Assembly (NCBI GenBank): GCA_043228905.1
Contig: JBHGNT010000007.1
Span: 21,266,001 to 21,330,000, forward strand
Reading direction: 5' to 3'
DNA length: 64,000 bases
Origin: Azolla caroliniana
Taxonomy: Eukaryota > Plantae > Polypodiophyta
Shown: piece by piece, positions 50,922 to 62,000 of the stretch
Layout of the letters: the number at the start of each line of letters is the position of its first letter
Numbering within the stretch: the first letter of the stretch is position 1
The notes under the pieces: generated by a model
Told to the model about the DNA's origin: nothing
What the model saw: the letters and a program-made list of their open reading frames with translations, nothing else
The model's database searches: none
Program-made: the position numbers and the translations under genes

Positions 50922-53900
50922 TTACATAGCAATCAATTCATCAACGTCATTTTCTTCATCATCTTGTGTAGAACTGTCTTCGGCTATACGTGCATTGGTT
51001 TCCCCTGTTAGCCAAGCCAACGAAATATCTTCTATAAGCTCATCATCAAGCTCTATTAGCTCCCCCGGTTCGCCGGCTAACAGAGGAATAGGCTCTCGCG
51101 AAGCAGGTTGAAACCTTTCTGTATTGGCGAGGTTCTTTGCACCGACCTCCTCATCCTAGTCTGGGCACTCCCACAAAGCCTTAATCCGCATATTAATAAA
51201 TATAACTTGGTCCTCGTCCTTCTCCAATGCAACTGTATTTCTAAAAAGCTTCAATGCACATGCAGACGTAGTTCCTGTGATGTAAGTAACAAGAAGATTT
51301 AGTTGTCAAACGAAAAAAAAGGGATTGGTTATCTCAAGATCGTTACCCTAGTTCGAGGAATACCTGTGCCAGAAAAGAGATCTAATATCCAGTCTCCTTC
51401 GATAGAAAACATTTCGATCAAGCGCATCATAAGTCGTTGAGGTTTTTGGTATGGGTTGACAAGTCCCCGTTCTGTCGTGGTGACATGTCGCAATTTCCGT
51501 GTCACTGCTGGATATACCAACAGATTTGAACCTCCCACTTCATTAGAATGCTCTTTGATTCTCTGTTTCTTAATTTCATCGAAGTAGCCAACCGTTATGT
51601 ATTCAATGGCATTAACGAACCGAAAAGTTGGCCCTCTATTTACATTGGTCTTGATCCTATAAAAAATAATACATCGAGTTAAGAATAGATTCAACAACCT
51701 TAAGAAATGCAATATAGTGAAAGACACCTATAAATAATCCTTACCATGCAAGGTTCTCGATGCCATGGCAACGAGATCTCAAAGCTTGAGCTACTGAGTA
51801 CCCTTCGTCCATACTATGAAAGACAACTATTCGCCACAAGGATGTGGTCGTTAGCTCAGCGAAATCCTTGACCATCTTCTCCAATTGTTTAAACCTAAAC
51901 AGTTCATCGTCATATGATGACCCAGCCATTCGAAATCCGTAAGGAATATCCGCAATCATTAGCGTATATTCCTTCTTTGGCACCTTCTGGATCAAGTTGA
52001 TGACATCACCGCAAACCACATTATAGTAAAGATCTCTCGTAATATCTTTTCTGTGGCTAAAGTTTTTAAAGGAGCCATCTTCCTCCATTTCGTACGCCTT
52101 GACTAAGCGACGATCCTTTTCTTTTCTGGCTCGCTCGAGATGTGCAAGGAAGGATGTAGGGAAATCGTGTATATCCTTAACTTCTCCTTGTTTCTTGCCT
52201 CGACACGGTTTCTAATAGAAGCAATAGGACATCAGGTATTATTATACAAGCTCTACATATGATGAAAGGGTAATGAAAAACCATGAATACTAACCCAATC
52301 CTTGAATGCAATAAAATACTCTGATAACGCCTTATACGAAGACGTTAGAGGATAATCCTCGGTCACTTGTTCCCAAGTTATACATCCAAGTTTTTTCATC
52401 ATAACTTCTTGGATCTTCATGTACACCTTATGACTATAAAATTAGAAATCAAGATTAGAACTTTGAATTACACTAGATAGACTACAATTTCAGTATTTGA
52501 AAGACTTACTTATTGAACTCAGTGACCATTTCTTCAAGGCTTAAATCTTTCGCCACAACCCTTGACAAAACCGACACAAGAAGTTGCTCGTCCTTAATAC
52601 CTTGGATTGCTCTCCATAGAGACAGCTTCATGTCGTCTGCCGCTTCTTCAATTGTCAAGTCAATTTTCTTGGCGGCTTGTGACTTTAACTCTAGTTGAGG
52701 GTCAACCCTACATTTCTTTTGTCGTTGACCCTTTACCTCCTTATTCTCCCACATTGAGAAGATTTGATCTTGTAGGTCCCATACTTCTCCATCTCTAAAC
52801 GCCAATTGAAACCAAGACTCATACTTTCGAAGACCATCGGACCTAACATTATCATCTACCACAATGCCGACTTCATGCGGACATTGATGTCGAAGGCCTG
52901 GATGTAACTTCACACCAAACTTTTGTTTCACGTCTAAATACTCGTGGTGGAAGAACCGTATACGCTCAATGGACGACATTTTCTGCCTATAGTCATTATC
53001 ATTATTATGGTCCCATGCCAACAGCTTAGCCTCTTCCGTTGTGAGCCCAACATAAATTTTGCACTTGGCATACTTGAAGAAGAAAGTTGTTGGATGTTCT
53101 CTCACAAGTTGCCGACGTGCCTCTGCTGAATGCGATCCACCAATGACAAAATAATTATATTGATCATGCTTTCTAATATCAAAATCTTCAATGGTTTCAC
53201 ATTCTTTAGGATCTACCATAACAATAAAAGGCACCACAGTGGCATGAGGATTAATTTTCATTTTTTTCTTGAGATTTTGAACATGCATGCGGTGTGGCTC
53301 TCTAATCTCAAGTGGTCGTCGACCTGTTTTTTCATCAATAGGGGGCCGATGGATGTGTGTTATAGGCAAATTAAACACTTGCCCTTTCCTGACCAGTTTC
53401 CGTTGCATTAACTCTCTCCTTATCTTATTCTGCTCGGATGACAAAACACCCGATGCCATCTCAGCTCCTGGCGTCCCCTTATTATCCTCCTCTTCATTTT
53501 CACTTGTTGAATCCGTATCCGACATTTTGGTTGTCTTCTTCTTTGGTGGTCTTGACTGGACTTTGGATACCCTTTTTGTGGCCTTCAATGGGGAGGGCAC
53601 TTCATCTCTTAGAGTTACATGGCCTTGTATATAAGGCCTCAAGGTAACAATAAGGTTTTGTGAGCTTTCAAGATCTTTTTTGAACGCTTCTGGCCCACAA
53701 GATTCCTTTACTAAAAGGTCTTCTAAAAGGAACACTTTACGTACCCCCTTGGAGCACTCTATCATTACCAGTATGTTGGCCGAATCTGCATCTTCGTAGT
53801 CAAATCGTAGAATTCGGCCATACATAAATGGGGTTTCCTTTCCAAGTTGCCCCTCACCCTTCTTCTTTGCTGTATACAATACGACTTTTTTCTTTGAGTC

Positions 53901-55134
53901 GACATATTGCATACACCATTCCTTGTCCGTTAGATCTCGGTCAGGAAGGTCTTCTCCTCCAGTTGCGGCGACAAGTTTCTTTTGGCTAACATCACTATGT
54001 GGCTGAGATTTTGTCTCTTCGTTAAAGAGAAGCTTTTTTCCTCTCTTCATGGTCTCAGGAGCTACCTTGGTCTGGGCTTCGATTGGAGAACCTTGTATGC
54101 AAAGCTTTATTTTCTTCACGGGTCGGTCCGACAGGTTCTCAAACGACCTATTTAAGAAAGTATATGCAAAAACATAAGTTAGGTGGTCACGTAGATTAAG
54201 GTTGTATATTAACATGAAGAACAGTTCTCACTAGCAGTCCTATATTCAAAAATCTATTATAGGCAGGGCTATTCAACCTAGAAAATATATATCGTAATAA
54301 GTAAACAGGGTTATATATTCTGGACAATAGTAGGTATGACTTATATAGATTCCAAACCTATATTGAGGAGAATTTGCTATCATTAAGGCAATTTGTGGAT
54401 CATTTTCTACTATTTTAAGCTAAAGTAGGTCATAAAACACCTATAATTAGAGCAAGTTTTTTTTTAAAAGTAAGGAAAGTCAACATAAAAAAGACTAATT
54501 TTGCCAAACAATTTGATATCTTTTCCACACCATAATTATTTGTTACACCAAAAACACAATTTTTCTCTCTCAGAGCCTTCTTTTATACAGGAACTCGATA
54601 CAAAGTATCGACTTCCTGTCTAAATCCTAAACTTTAAACGAGAACTCGATACGCCGTATTGAGTTCCTGTTTAAAGTTTGGAATTTAAACACGAACTCGA
54701 TACGGCGCATCGAGTTCCTGTTTAAAATCCAAACTTTAAACACGAACTCGATACGCCGTATCGAGTTCGTGTTTAGATACGCTGTATCGAGTTCGTGTTT
54801 AAAGTTTGGATTTTAAACAGGAACTCGATACGCCGTATCGAGTTCGTGTTTAAAGTTTAGGTTTTAAACGGGAACTCGATACGCCGTATCGAGTTCCTGT
54901 TTAAAGTGTAGGTTTTAAACAGGAACTCGATACGCCGTATCGAGTTCCCGTTTAAAAAGCAAAAACAAATTATGAACTCGATACGCCGTATCGAGTTCAT
55001 GTATAAAGTTTGTATTGTATACATGAACTCGATACGGCGTATCGAGTTCTTGAGCGACAAAACATATTTACAAAAATGTCCACAGTGTCAGAGGCCTACC
55101 TGGAGTCCTCGCGCTCGATTCTCTTTGAAGACAT
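50922..55134 (-). CDS. ParB/Srx-like domain + beta-class N6A/N4C DNA methyltransferase fusion, six exons (~974 codons, one late premature TAG)
   Basis: Exons 55134-55100, 54147-52510, 52433-52295, 52211-51745, 51656-51364 and 51274-50922; all introns GT-AG and in phase (2925 nt total). ParB-like YFVIGGSHSAEA...LAWDHNNDNDYRQKMSSIE. MTase motif IV ADIPYG precedes PYQKPQRL and motif I ILDLFSGTGTT...ALEKD. TAG at 51156-51158. Confidence 0.85.
54591..55049. repeat. Array of 10 palindromic 25-bp repeats (GAACTCGATACG-S-CGTATCGAGTTC) at 51-bp period
   Basis: Units start at 54591, 54642, 54693, 54744, ~54777 (partial), 54821, 54872, 54923, 54974 and 55025. Lies within predicted intron 1 (54148-55099). 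Confidence 0.97.
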
Positions 55135-55277
55135 GGTTGATCGTGTGGAAGTGGAGGCGGAGATCGCGCTTTGGTGCTTTGTGCTCTGTGTGCTTTGTGT
55201 GCTTTGTGTGCTCTCTACGTTCTGTGTGCTCTGTACGCTCTGTACGCTCTTGTGAGTGAAATATGACGAGGTCTTCC

Positions 55278-55285
55278 TATTTATA
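55278..55285 (-). promoter_or_regulatory. Putative TATA box of the ParB-MTase gene
   Basis: ccTATAAATAgg on the minus strand, ~145 nt upstream of the ATG at 55134. Confidence 0.55.
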
Positions 55286-55986
55286 GGGATTGACCACATT
55301 GGTTAAAGTAACCATAGTCACCTTAACCAAGGTTGGTAACTTTGAGGATAGTTAGTTGGTAACCATAGTCACATTAACTAGAATAACTTATTATTGTATT
55401 AATGATTACAAAGTCAAACTAACATATTGATCAATCTTTTATAGTCATAACAACCTGCAATGACTTCAAAGGTTATGAAGGAGACAATGATAGAGGTTCA
55501 TGAATGTACCAATGATTGATTACTAAAAGCAACAATTTTTATGACTCTCAAATGCTATGTATTAAAGATGTTGGCATGAATTAACCAATGATTGATAAGT
55601 CTAATATTTAAAATGGTGAGCATTAAAGAACCAATGAGTGAGACATTCTATATCAAAATGGGTGCCATTAATTAGCCAATGATTTTAACATTAATCCAAC
55701 ATATTCATGGCTTGTTAATGATTAGTTTTATATTTTACTTGATTTAACGTCATATAGATCTAGTTTATATAATAATTGATATTTTAAGTACAATTACTTT
55801 ATTAAAAATAATTTTTTGATGTATTGTATTAATAGAATATTACATAATATAGACATTCTATTGATTTGGCTTTTGTTTAGAGAGAAGTTTATGTTTAGAG
55901 AGGAGTATATGTTTAGAGAGGAGCTTATTAGTTTTTTTCCTTACCTTAAGCACATAACTTAGAGAGCTCTATCTAGACCTTAAGCC

Positions 55987-58728
55987 ATGAGTGAAGATTC
56001 ACCGTTCTCGATTGAAGAGTATTGTTTGTCAACAGAGTCACCATATTCGATCGAAGAATATTGTCTGTCGACCGACTCACCATATTCTATCGAAGAATAT
56101 TGTCTGAGCTCATCTACAGGGAACGTAAATAATGACACATGTGAAGAGTTCTCTATTGAAGAATACGATATTAATAAAGATACCGAGAATGAAGGTAGTG
56201 CCCAGGAAACATTGAATAACATTGGCGATGGTCACAACAGAGAATTAGACTGTAACAAGGTTACACCAACCTCTATGCAGGAAGAGAAATCTGGGAGCCC
56301 TATGCATATTAGAAGAATCCCACGAAGAATTCGTGTGGCTAGATTTAGCTTGGTGACATCAGATAAACAGATTGGATTTGATGTCAAAAAAATATGTTGT
56401 GCCCGTGGTTGTATGTCTATGATTGGAAAATCAAAGTTGCGAGAATTAAGGCGATACTATTTTTCGATGACCGGTGATGAGCAAGACACTTACCTCGGGT
56501 CACATATGCAACTAGTATCTGACAAATGTATGGGGATCAAAGTATCATTCGAGTATTATATCTTCCATGCGCAACAGATATGTAGAGTTGCATTCAAAAT
56601 TGCGTTATGTGTTAGTAACATGCGGCTACATAGAGTACAACAACGTCTACTTAGCGGGGATCAGATGCTCAATTGTAAAGAGGTTCCAAGTATGAAAGGT
56701 GCAATTGGAAGACATGCTATTGGCTAGATGAAAACTTACTTTCAGTTAAATTGTGAAGTAATGCCCACTACAGGTAGGATGCATCTTTCTGATAATTATA
56801 CACGTCGAGAAGTTTATGATGTCTATCGATCTGATATGCTGGGCTCACGTAATAAGTCTATCACCTATAGCCAATTCACAAGATTATGGAGAGCTCGGTT
56901 TTCAAATGTTATTATTCCTCGTAAAGTACGTATGGGGTATTGCTCCATTTGTGCAAGTCTTAAAAGTTTGGCTAAAGGTGCAAAGACATCAATGGAAAAG
57001 GATACGAGTAAGAAGTTACTACAAGAGCATCGTGAGGCACAATCCTTAGAACGAAAGAAGGTGATGCATCATAGAGAGAAGTGTTTGAAGAGGCCCGAAC
57101 AATACATGTGCTTAATGATAGATGGCATGGACCAGAAGAAGACATGCTTGCCGCATATGCGGAGGCTCCCCAAAGATGTCAATGATGAGTGCCTTGTTCA
57201 AATGCACTTGGTGGGATGCTTGGCTTATAATAGGTCTGTTCGACCTCACGTCTTCATTACTTACCCCAATGTTCACAATGACCCTAACCTAACAGTTACA
57301 GTGATTCACCGAGTTTTGATGTCTTGGGGCCAACCTTTCCCCCATGTTCTATACATTCAATTGGACAATACTGCTAGAGAGAACAAAAATTCAACTGTAT
57401 TTGGCTATCTAAGTATGTTGGTCAACCTAGAATTGTTTAGGAAAGTGAAAGTCAATTTCCTTTTGGTTGGCCACACACATGACCATATAGATCAGATGTT
57501 TAGCACATTCTCCAGACAGTTGTCTCGGCATGATGCTTTCACTTTACCTAAACTATTTGATGTCATTTGTGATGCTTATACACCACGCCCAAAAGTGTTA
57601 CACTTGAAGGAGGTATATGACTTTAAGAGATATATATTAGATGGGGGTGGTGGGAATGTTAAAGTGCTTGCTCAGTTAAACAATATAAGTTTCAATCACA
57701 TTTTTATAATAAAGAAAAATGGAATAAGTGGTTCTACACTTTTGTATGCTAAACAATATTCATCTTCTACAACATGGGAACCTGAAGGTGGTTGCCAGTT
57801 ATTACTTTGTATGCCGAGTACAATTGTCCATGGAGCTAAGCAAATGCCAATTGAGAAGAAAGGACAGTTGCAGAGCGACTTGGTATCAGAACAAAAACGG
57901 TCATGGCTCCAAGCCTTAGAAGAAAAAAGAAAGCATATTGAGGCCGCCAAGAAATATGCTGCACAACAAGACACGTCATGGTGGGATGTATTTTATAGTG
58001 ATCAGAAAGACATTATAGACAATTGTGTATCTGTTGATAATTGGAATTTGGAAACGCCATTCACATGGTCGCTGCAACATGATCGCGTAAATAGAACTCC
58101 GGAGCAACTAGTAAATGCGATTAATGACAGCTTGGTCCATCCACAACAAAGAGACATTTATGTGGGACCAAGGATGAGCAAAGAAGCCGAAGCTAGATGG
58201 CAAGGAAATTTGCAAGAGCTCACCGTGGGGATGTTGATTGCAACGCCGGCTGATGAGAACTCACATGGCCACCAATTTTGGGTTGGTAAAATTCTAGAAG
58301 TGCTAATGCATGAAATAGAAAACACGATCAAGTCTATAAATGTTCATTGGTACAACACTAGAAGTGCAAAGGCTTTTACAGGTAAGTATACATTGGAGAT
58401 GATTGAATGCCCAACAAGAAGGGGAGGTAGGAAGAGGAAGCGAAACATTCGTAACACCTCGACCCTTGATATCTCTGATGTGGATATCATCGTGTACGAC
58501 TTCACACTTACAAAAGTCGGACGATTAAGGAAATCAACAATAGATATAATAAAAGAAAAATTACCAGGTCTACAAGGTGGCTCGAGTCAAAGGCAAACGA
58601 GATCTGCTACATATAATCTAGAGTCAAACCATTTGGTTTATGACGAAGATAATGCACTGATTGGTACATCCGAGGATGATGAGGAGGAATCGTCATTGTA
58701 TATTAGTTATAGTAGTGATTCTCCGTAA
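55987..58728 (+). CDS. Sola-like (DUF7869-type) DDD transposase, ~913 codons with one in-frame TAG at 56725-56727
   Basis: ORFs 55987-56727 and 56728-58728 are contiguous and in frame. CCxxxC, ICRVAF..., CSIC...H, IDGMDQKK, QLDNTARENKN and FLLVGHTHDHIDQMFS. Lies inside the TIRs. Confidence 0.85.
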
Positions 58729-59050
58729 AGGAGTGATCATGAATGTATATTTGGCTATTAAGTGTAACTACATTCCACTTGTAACAAATCGAGTAATATA
58801 AAAGCATGTGTTTTGAATTCTTATGATTTCTAAAAAATCGTTTCTTATAAAATAACATTGGTTGTAAAGTTTGTGATATAAATTGAGAATGTATCTTTTT
58901 GAAATTCGTCTTTTTTTAGTTACTTCTAAATCACGAAAATAGTGGATTTTTAACCTTTTTCATAGTATGTTTGAACATGTATGATACTGGTATCAATGTG
59001 TTTTGTAAAATCATTGAAAAACCCCTAAAATTTCCCTTATCTTTCCATTT

Positions 59051-59086
59051 ATGCGCGATCCTTCCACTTGTGAACGCGAACGTGTT
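59051..59086 (-). repeat. Right terminal inverted repeat
   Basis: atgcgcgatccttccacttgtgaacgcgaacgtgtt. Confidence 0.95.
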
Positions 59087-62000
59087 GGTAGTGGATTCCA
59101 TGGGTCTGCGCGTATCCCTTCGCCACTAGTCGGGCCTTGTACCGGTTAACTGAACCGTCAGCGTTGTACTTTACCTTGTACACCCACTTGCATCCAATCG
59201 GTTTACAGTGACGGGGAGGGTCAACTAGGTCCCATGTCTCGTTAACATCAAGTGCCTGCATTTCTTCCTCCATAGCGGCACGCCAATTGGCGTCCTTTCC
59301 CGCTTCTGCGTATCTCTCCGGCTCACACACTTCCACCACCCTAGTCATGTACGCATAGTGATGCGCCATGTACTCATTGTACCCATACCGCTTGATAGGA
59401 TCCTTCTGGCGGGTGGACCAGCGTAACTCACCGTTACCTAGTTTGAGGCCCTTCTTGGCCGGTTCGGTCTTCGTTGCTGAAGATCCGCCTTTCTCCTTGC
59501 CGGAGTCGGATGCACACCGATCCGACTCATCGTTGTTGGTTTCGAATTCCGGCATCTTCTTCTTCCCCTTCTCTTTGCACGTGAACCGACTCCTCGGTTC
59601 CTTGCGCGGGGAGTGCACGACGGAGTCTCCATTACTCACCGATTCCTCATTGGACTGGTCAGATTGACTCAATCTCTCGTTCGGCCCGCTCAACCGGAAC
59701 GATTCCGACTCTCATCATGAGTCCACGCTTCATCATCCTCTACTTGGGCCGGTTCAGGCTCACTAGCCTCATCCACCGGCACCGGGTCGGATTCAGAAGT
59801 CGGAGCCGGTAAGGAGTACCACAATGCCGATTCATTGAACTCGACATCTCGACTAACTCGGGCCTCCTTTGTCCAGGGGTTATAACACTTATAACCCTTT
59901 CGCTCTTGAGCATTGCCGATTAGGATGCATTTTTTCGATTTTACATCCAGCTTCCTCCCCTTCTCATCCAGTACATGCACATATGCAATGCTACCGAATA
60001 TCTTAAGGTGTCTCAAATTCGGATTGCACCCGAAATACAGCTCGTGAGCTGACACCTTGTCACCGATTCGGTTCTGGATGTAGACAGTTGTTCGGATTGC
60101 CTCTACCCAATAGAATTTGGGCATGCTCTTCTCCTCTAGCATTGCCCTTGCCGCATCAATAAGCGACCGGTTCTTCCTTTCGGCAACACCGTTGTGTTGC
60201 GGTGTGTATCTGCAGCTAAACTCTCGCCGAATTCCCTTTTGCTGCAGATAACTGTTGAATTGGCCAGAAAAGTACTCTTTTCCGCCATCCGACTGCAGGC
60301 ACTTGATCTTGCTCTCCGATTCCCATTCCACCATGCTTTGGAGACTCCGGAAACACTCGAAGACTTCACTCTTCCGCTGAATGAGGTAGATCCATGTGTG
60401 TCGCGTATAGTCGTCGATGAAGGAGACGAAATATTGACTCCCGCCAAGACTAACATTATGTGCTGGTCCCCACACATCCGAATGGATAAGGTCGAGCTTA
60501 TTACGGCTCCGGTTATGTTCGGTAGGGAATGGAAGCCAGTGTTGCTTCCCGAGTTGGCAGGCTTCACATACTTGAGCCTTCCGACCGCTAGACTTCGGCA
60601 AACCGAAAACAACTTGTTTCATTTGCAGGTCTTGAAGCCTCCGGTAATTGACGTGGCCTATCCGCTTGTGCCACAGGTCGATGTCCGATTCAACCTTTTT
60701 CCCTTTGCAAACAGAGCAGTGTCGACGTCATTGGTGTCGAGGATAAACATCCTCCCGTCTCTGCGCCCTTGCGCAATAATTTGGCCCTCTTCCTCGATGA
60801 AGAACCTGAGGTGCGTAAACCGCACCTACATACCCTGGTCGACGATCTGTCCGACCGACGCCAGGTTCTTCGTGATTGTCAGAACGTGTAATATGTTCAT
60901 CAACTTCCCCTTCTGTCCGACGTGGCTCAAAGGGACTTCTCCGACGTGCACGATTGGGTGAGGAGTGTCGTCTCCGGTTTCGACTACTCCTGGTTGATCC
61001 GGTTTCTCCAAGAAGGAGAACCACTCTTTGTGGCTCGTCATGTGGTTCGACGCACCAGAATCAACATACCACACTTCCTCCGATTTGGAAGTGGTCTTCT
61101 TCATTGAGTTCGCCTCGTGCTTCATCACCAAGGCTGGCCCGTTACCGTTCTTGGATTCTCTCGATCCCTTCGTGTAGCGCGAGCTTTGTCGGCCTTCCTT
61201 GTCAGCCTTGCCGGATCCGGACTTGTCCGAATCGGTGTGTTTTCTCCAGCACTCGCTTTCTCTGTGGCCCTATTTGCCACAGTACCAGCATTCCGTTGCA
61301 GATTTGTCTTGCCAGCCTCTGGCACCGCCTTGACTCCCCCTGTCTGTGGAAGTCCTGGAACTGTTGTCGGCACGTTCTCTGTGCCTTCGTTCTTGCTCTT
61401 GCCAGCCGCCTCCATTGCGTGCCGACCCGCCTCGTCCACCACTCCCACGGGACCGATCCGCTTCCGTGTACAGCATCCGGCTATCAATGGCGGCATGGTT
61501 CTCCTCTACAAGGAGCATCGACTGCAAGTCGAAAAATGACGGCATATTCTCCCTTGTACATACCGTCGTTCAGAATGCTCTAAACTTAGACGCCAGGCCC
61601 CCAAAACAAACCTGTACCATCTCGTCTTCCTCTATGGTAACGTTGATAGAGGCAAGCGAGTCACATATCTGTTTGATCCGGGCCGTGTAATCCGCCACCG
61701 ACATGTCCTTCTGTCGGACATTGCTCAACTCTTGTCAGAGTTGCAGCTTCCGGGTTGTAGTGCTCATGGCGAAAACCTTCTTCAGGTTTCCCCAAGCCTC
61801 CTTCGGCATCTTGGCGTCTCGGATGTGGCTCAGCAGCTGGTCTCCGACACTAGACGCGAAGCAGTACATCACTCTGCATGCCGATTGTTCCCACACTGGG
61901 AAATCCTTAGGTGTCGCATCAAGTGTTGTTTCATTGGCTCCTTCGACGAAACTCCAGTAACCATGCCCAAGCAGGTACTGGTGCATCTTGTACGACCAAG

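Larger units (their letters stand above)
49895..59086. mobile_element. TIR DNA transposon (Sola-like) carrying a transposase and a ParB-like/DNA methyltransferase gene
   Basis: 36-bp TIRs 49895-49930 (aacacgttcgcgttcacaagtggaaggattgcgcat) and 59051-59086, 1 mismatch. Flanks cGTA/gGTA. The copia RT motif GIxY|DETFAP rejoins across it. Confidence 0.93.

Noticed and set aside
54591-55049. CRISPR array (palindromic repeats with regular spacers)
   Set aside because: Spacers are 26 bp, AT-rich and related to each other (tttaaa-based), there are no cas genes, and the context is a eukaryotic intron.
50922-55134. Bacterial or phage contamination as the source of the ParB-MTase
   Set aside because: The gene has five spliceosomal introns, lies within TIRs nested in a plant copia element, and has a second copy interrupted by plant LTR elements.
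56725-56727. Programmed stop-codon readthrough or two separate genes
   Set aside because: A TGG>TAG transition in a decaying, methylated TE is simpler, and no readthrough context is evident.
49895-59086. CACTA/EnSpm assignment (3-bp duplication, CAC near the ends, two genes)
   Set aside because: The termini read AACACG rather than CACTA/CACTG, and the transposase motifs are not TnpD/Transposase_21-like.
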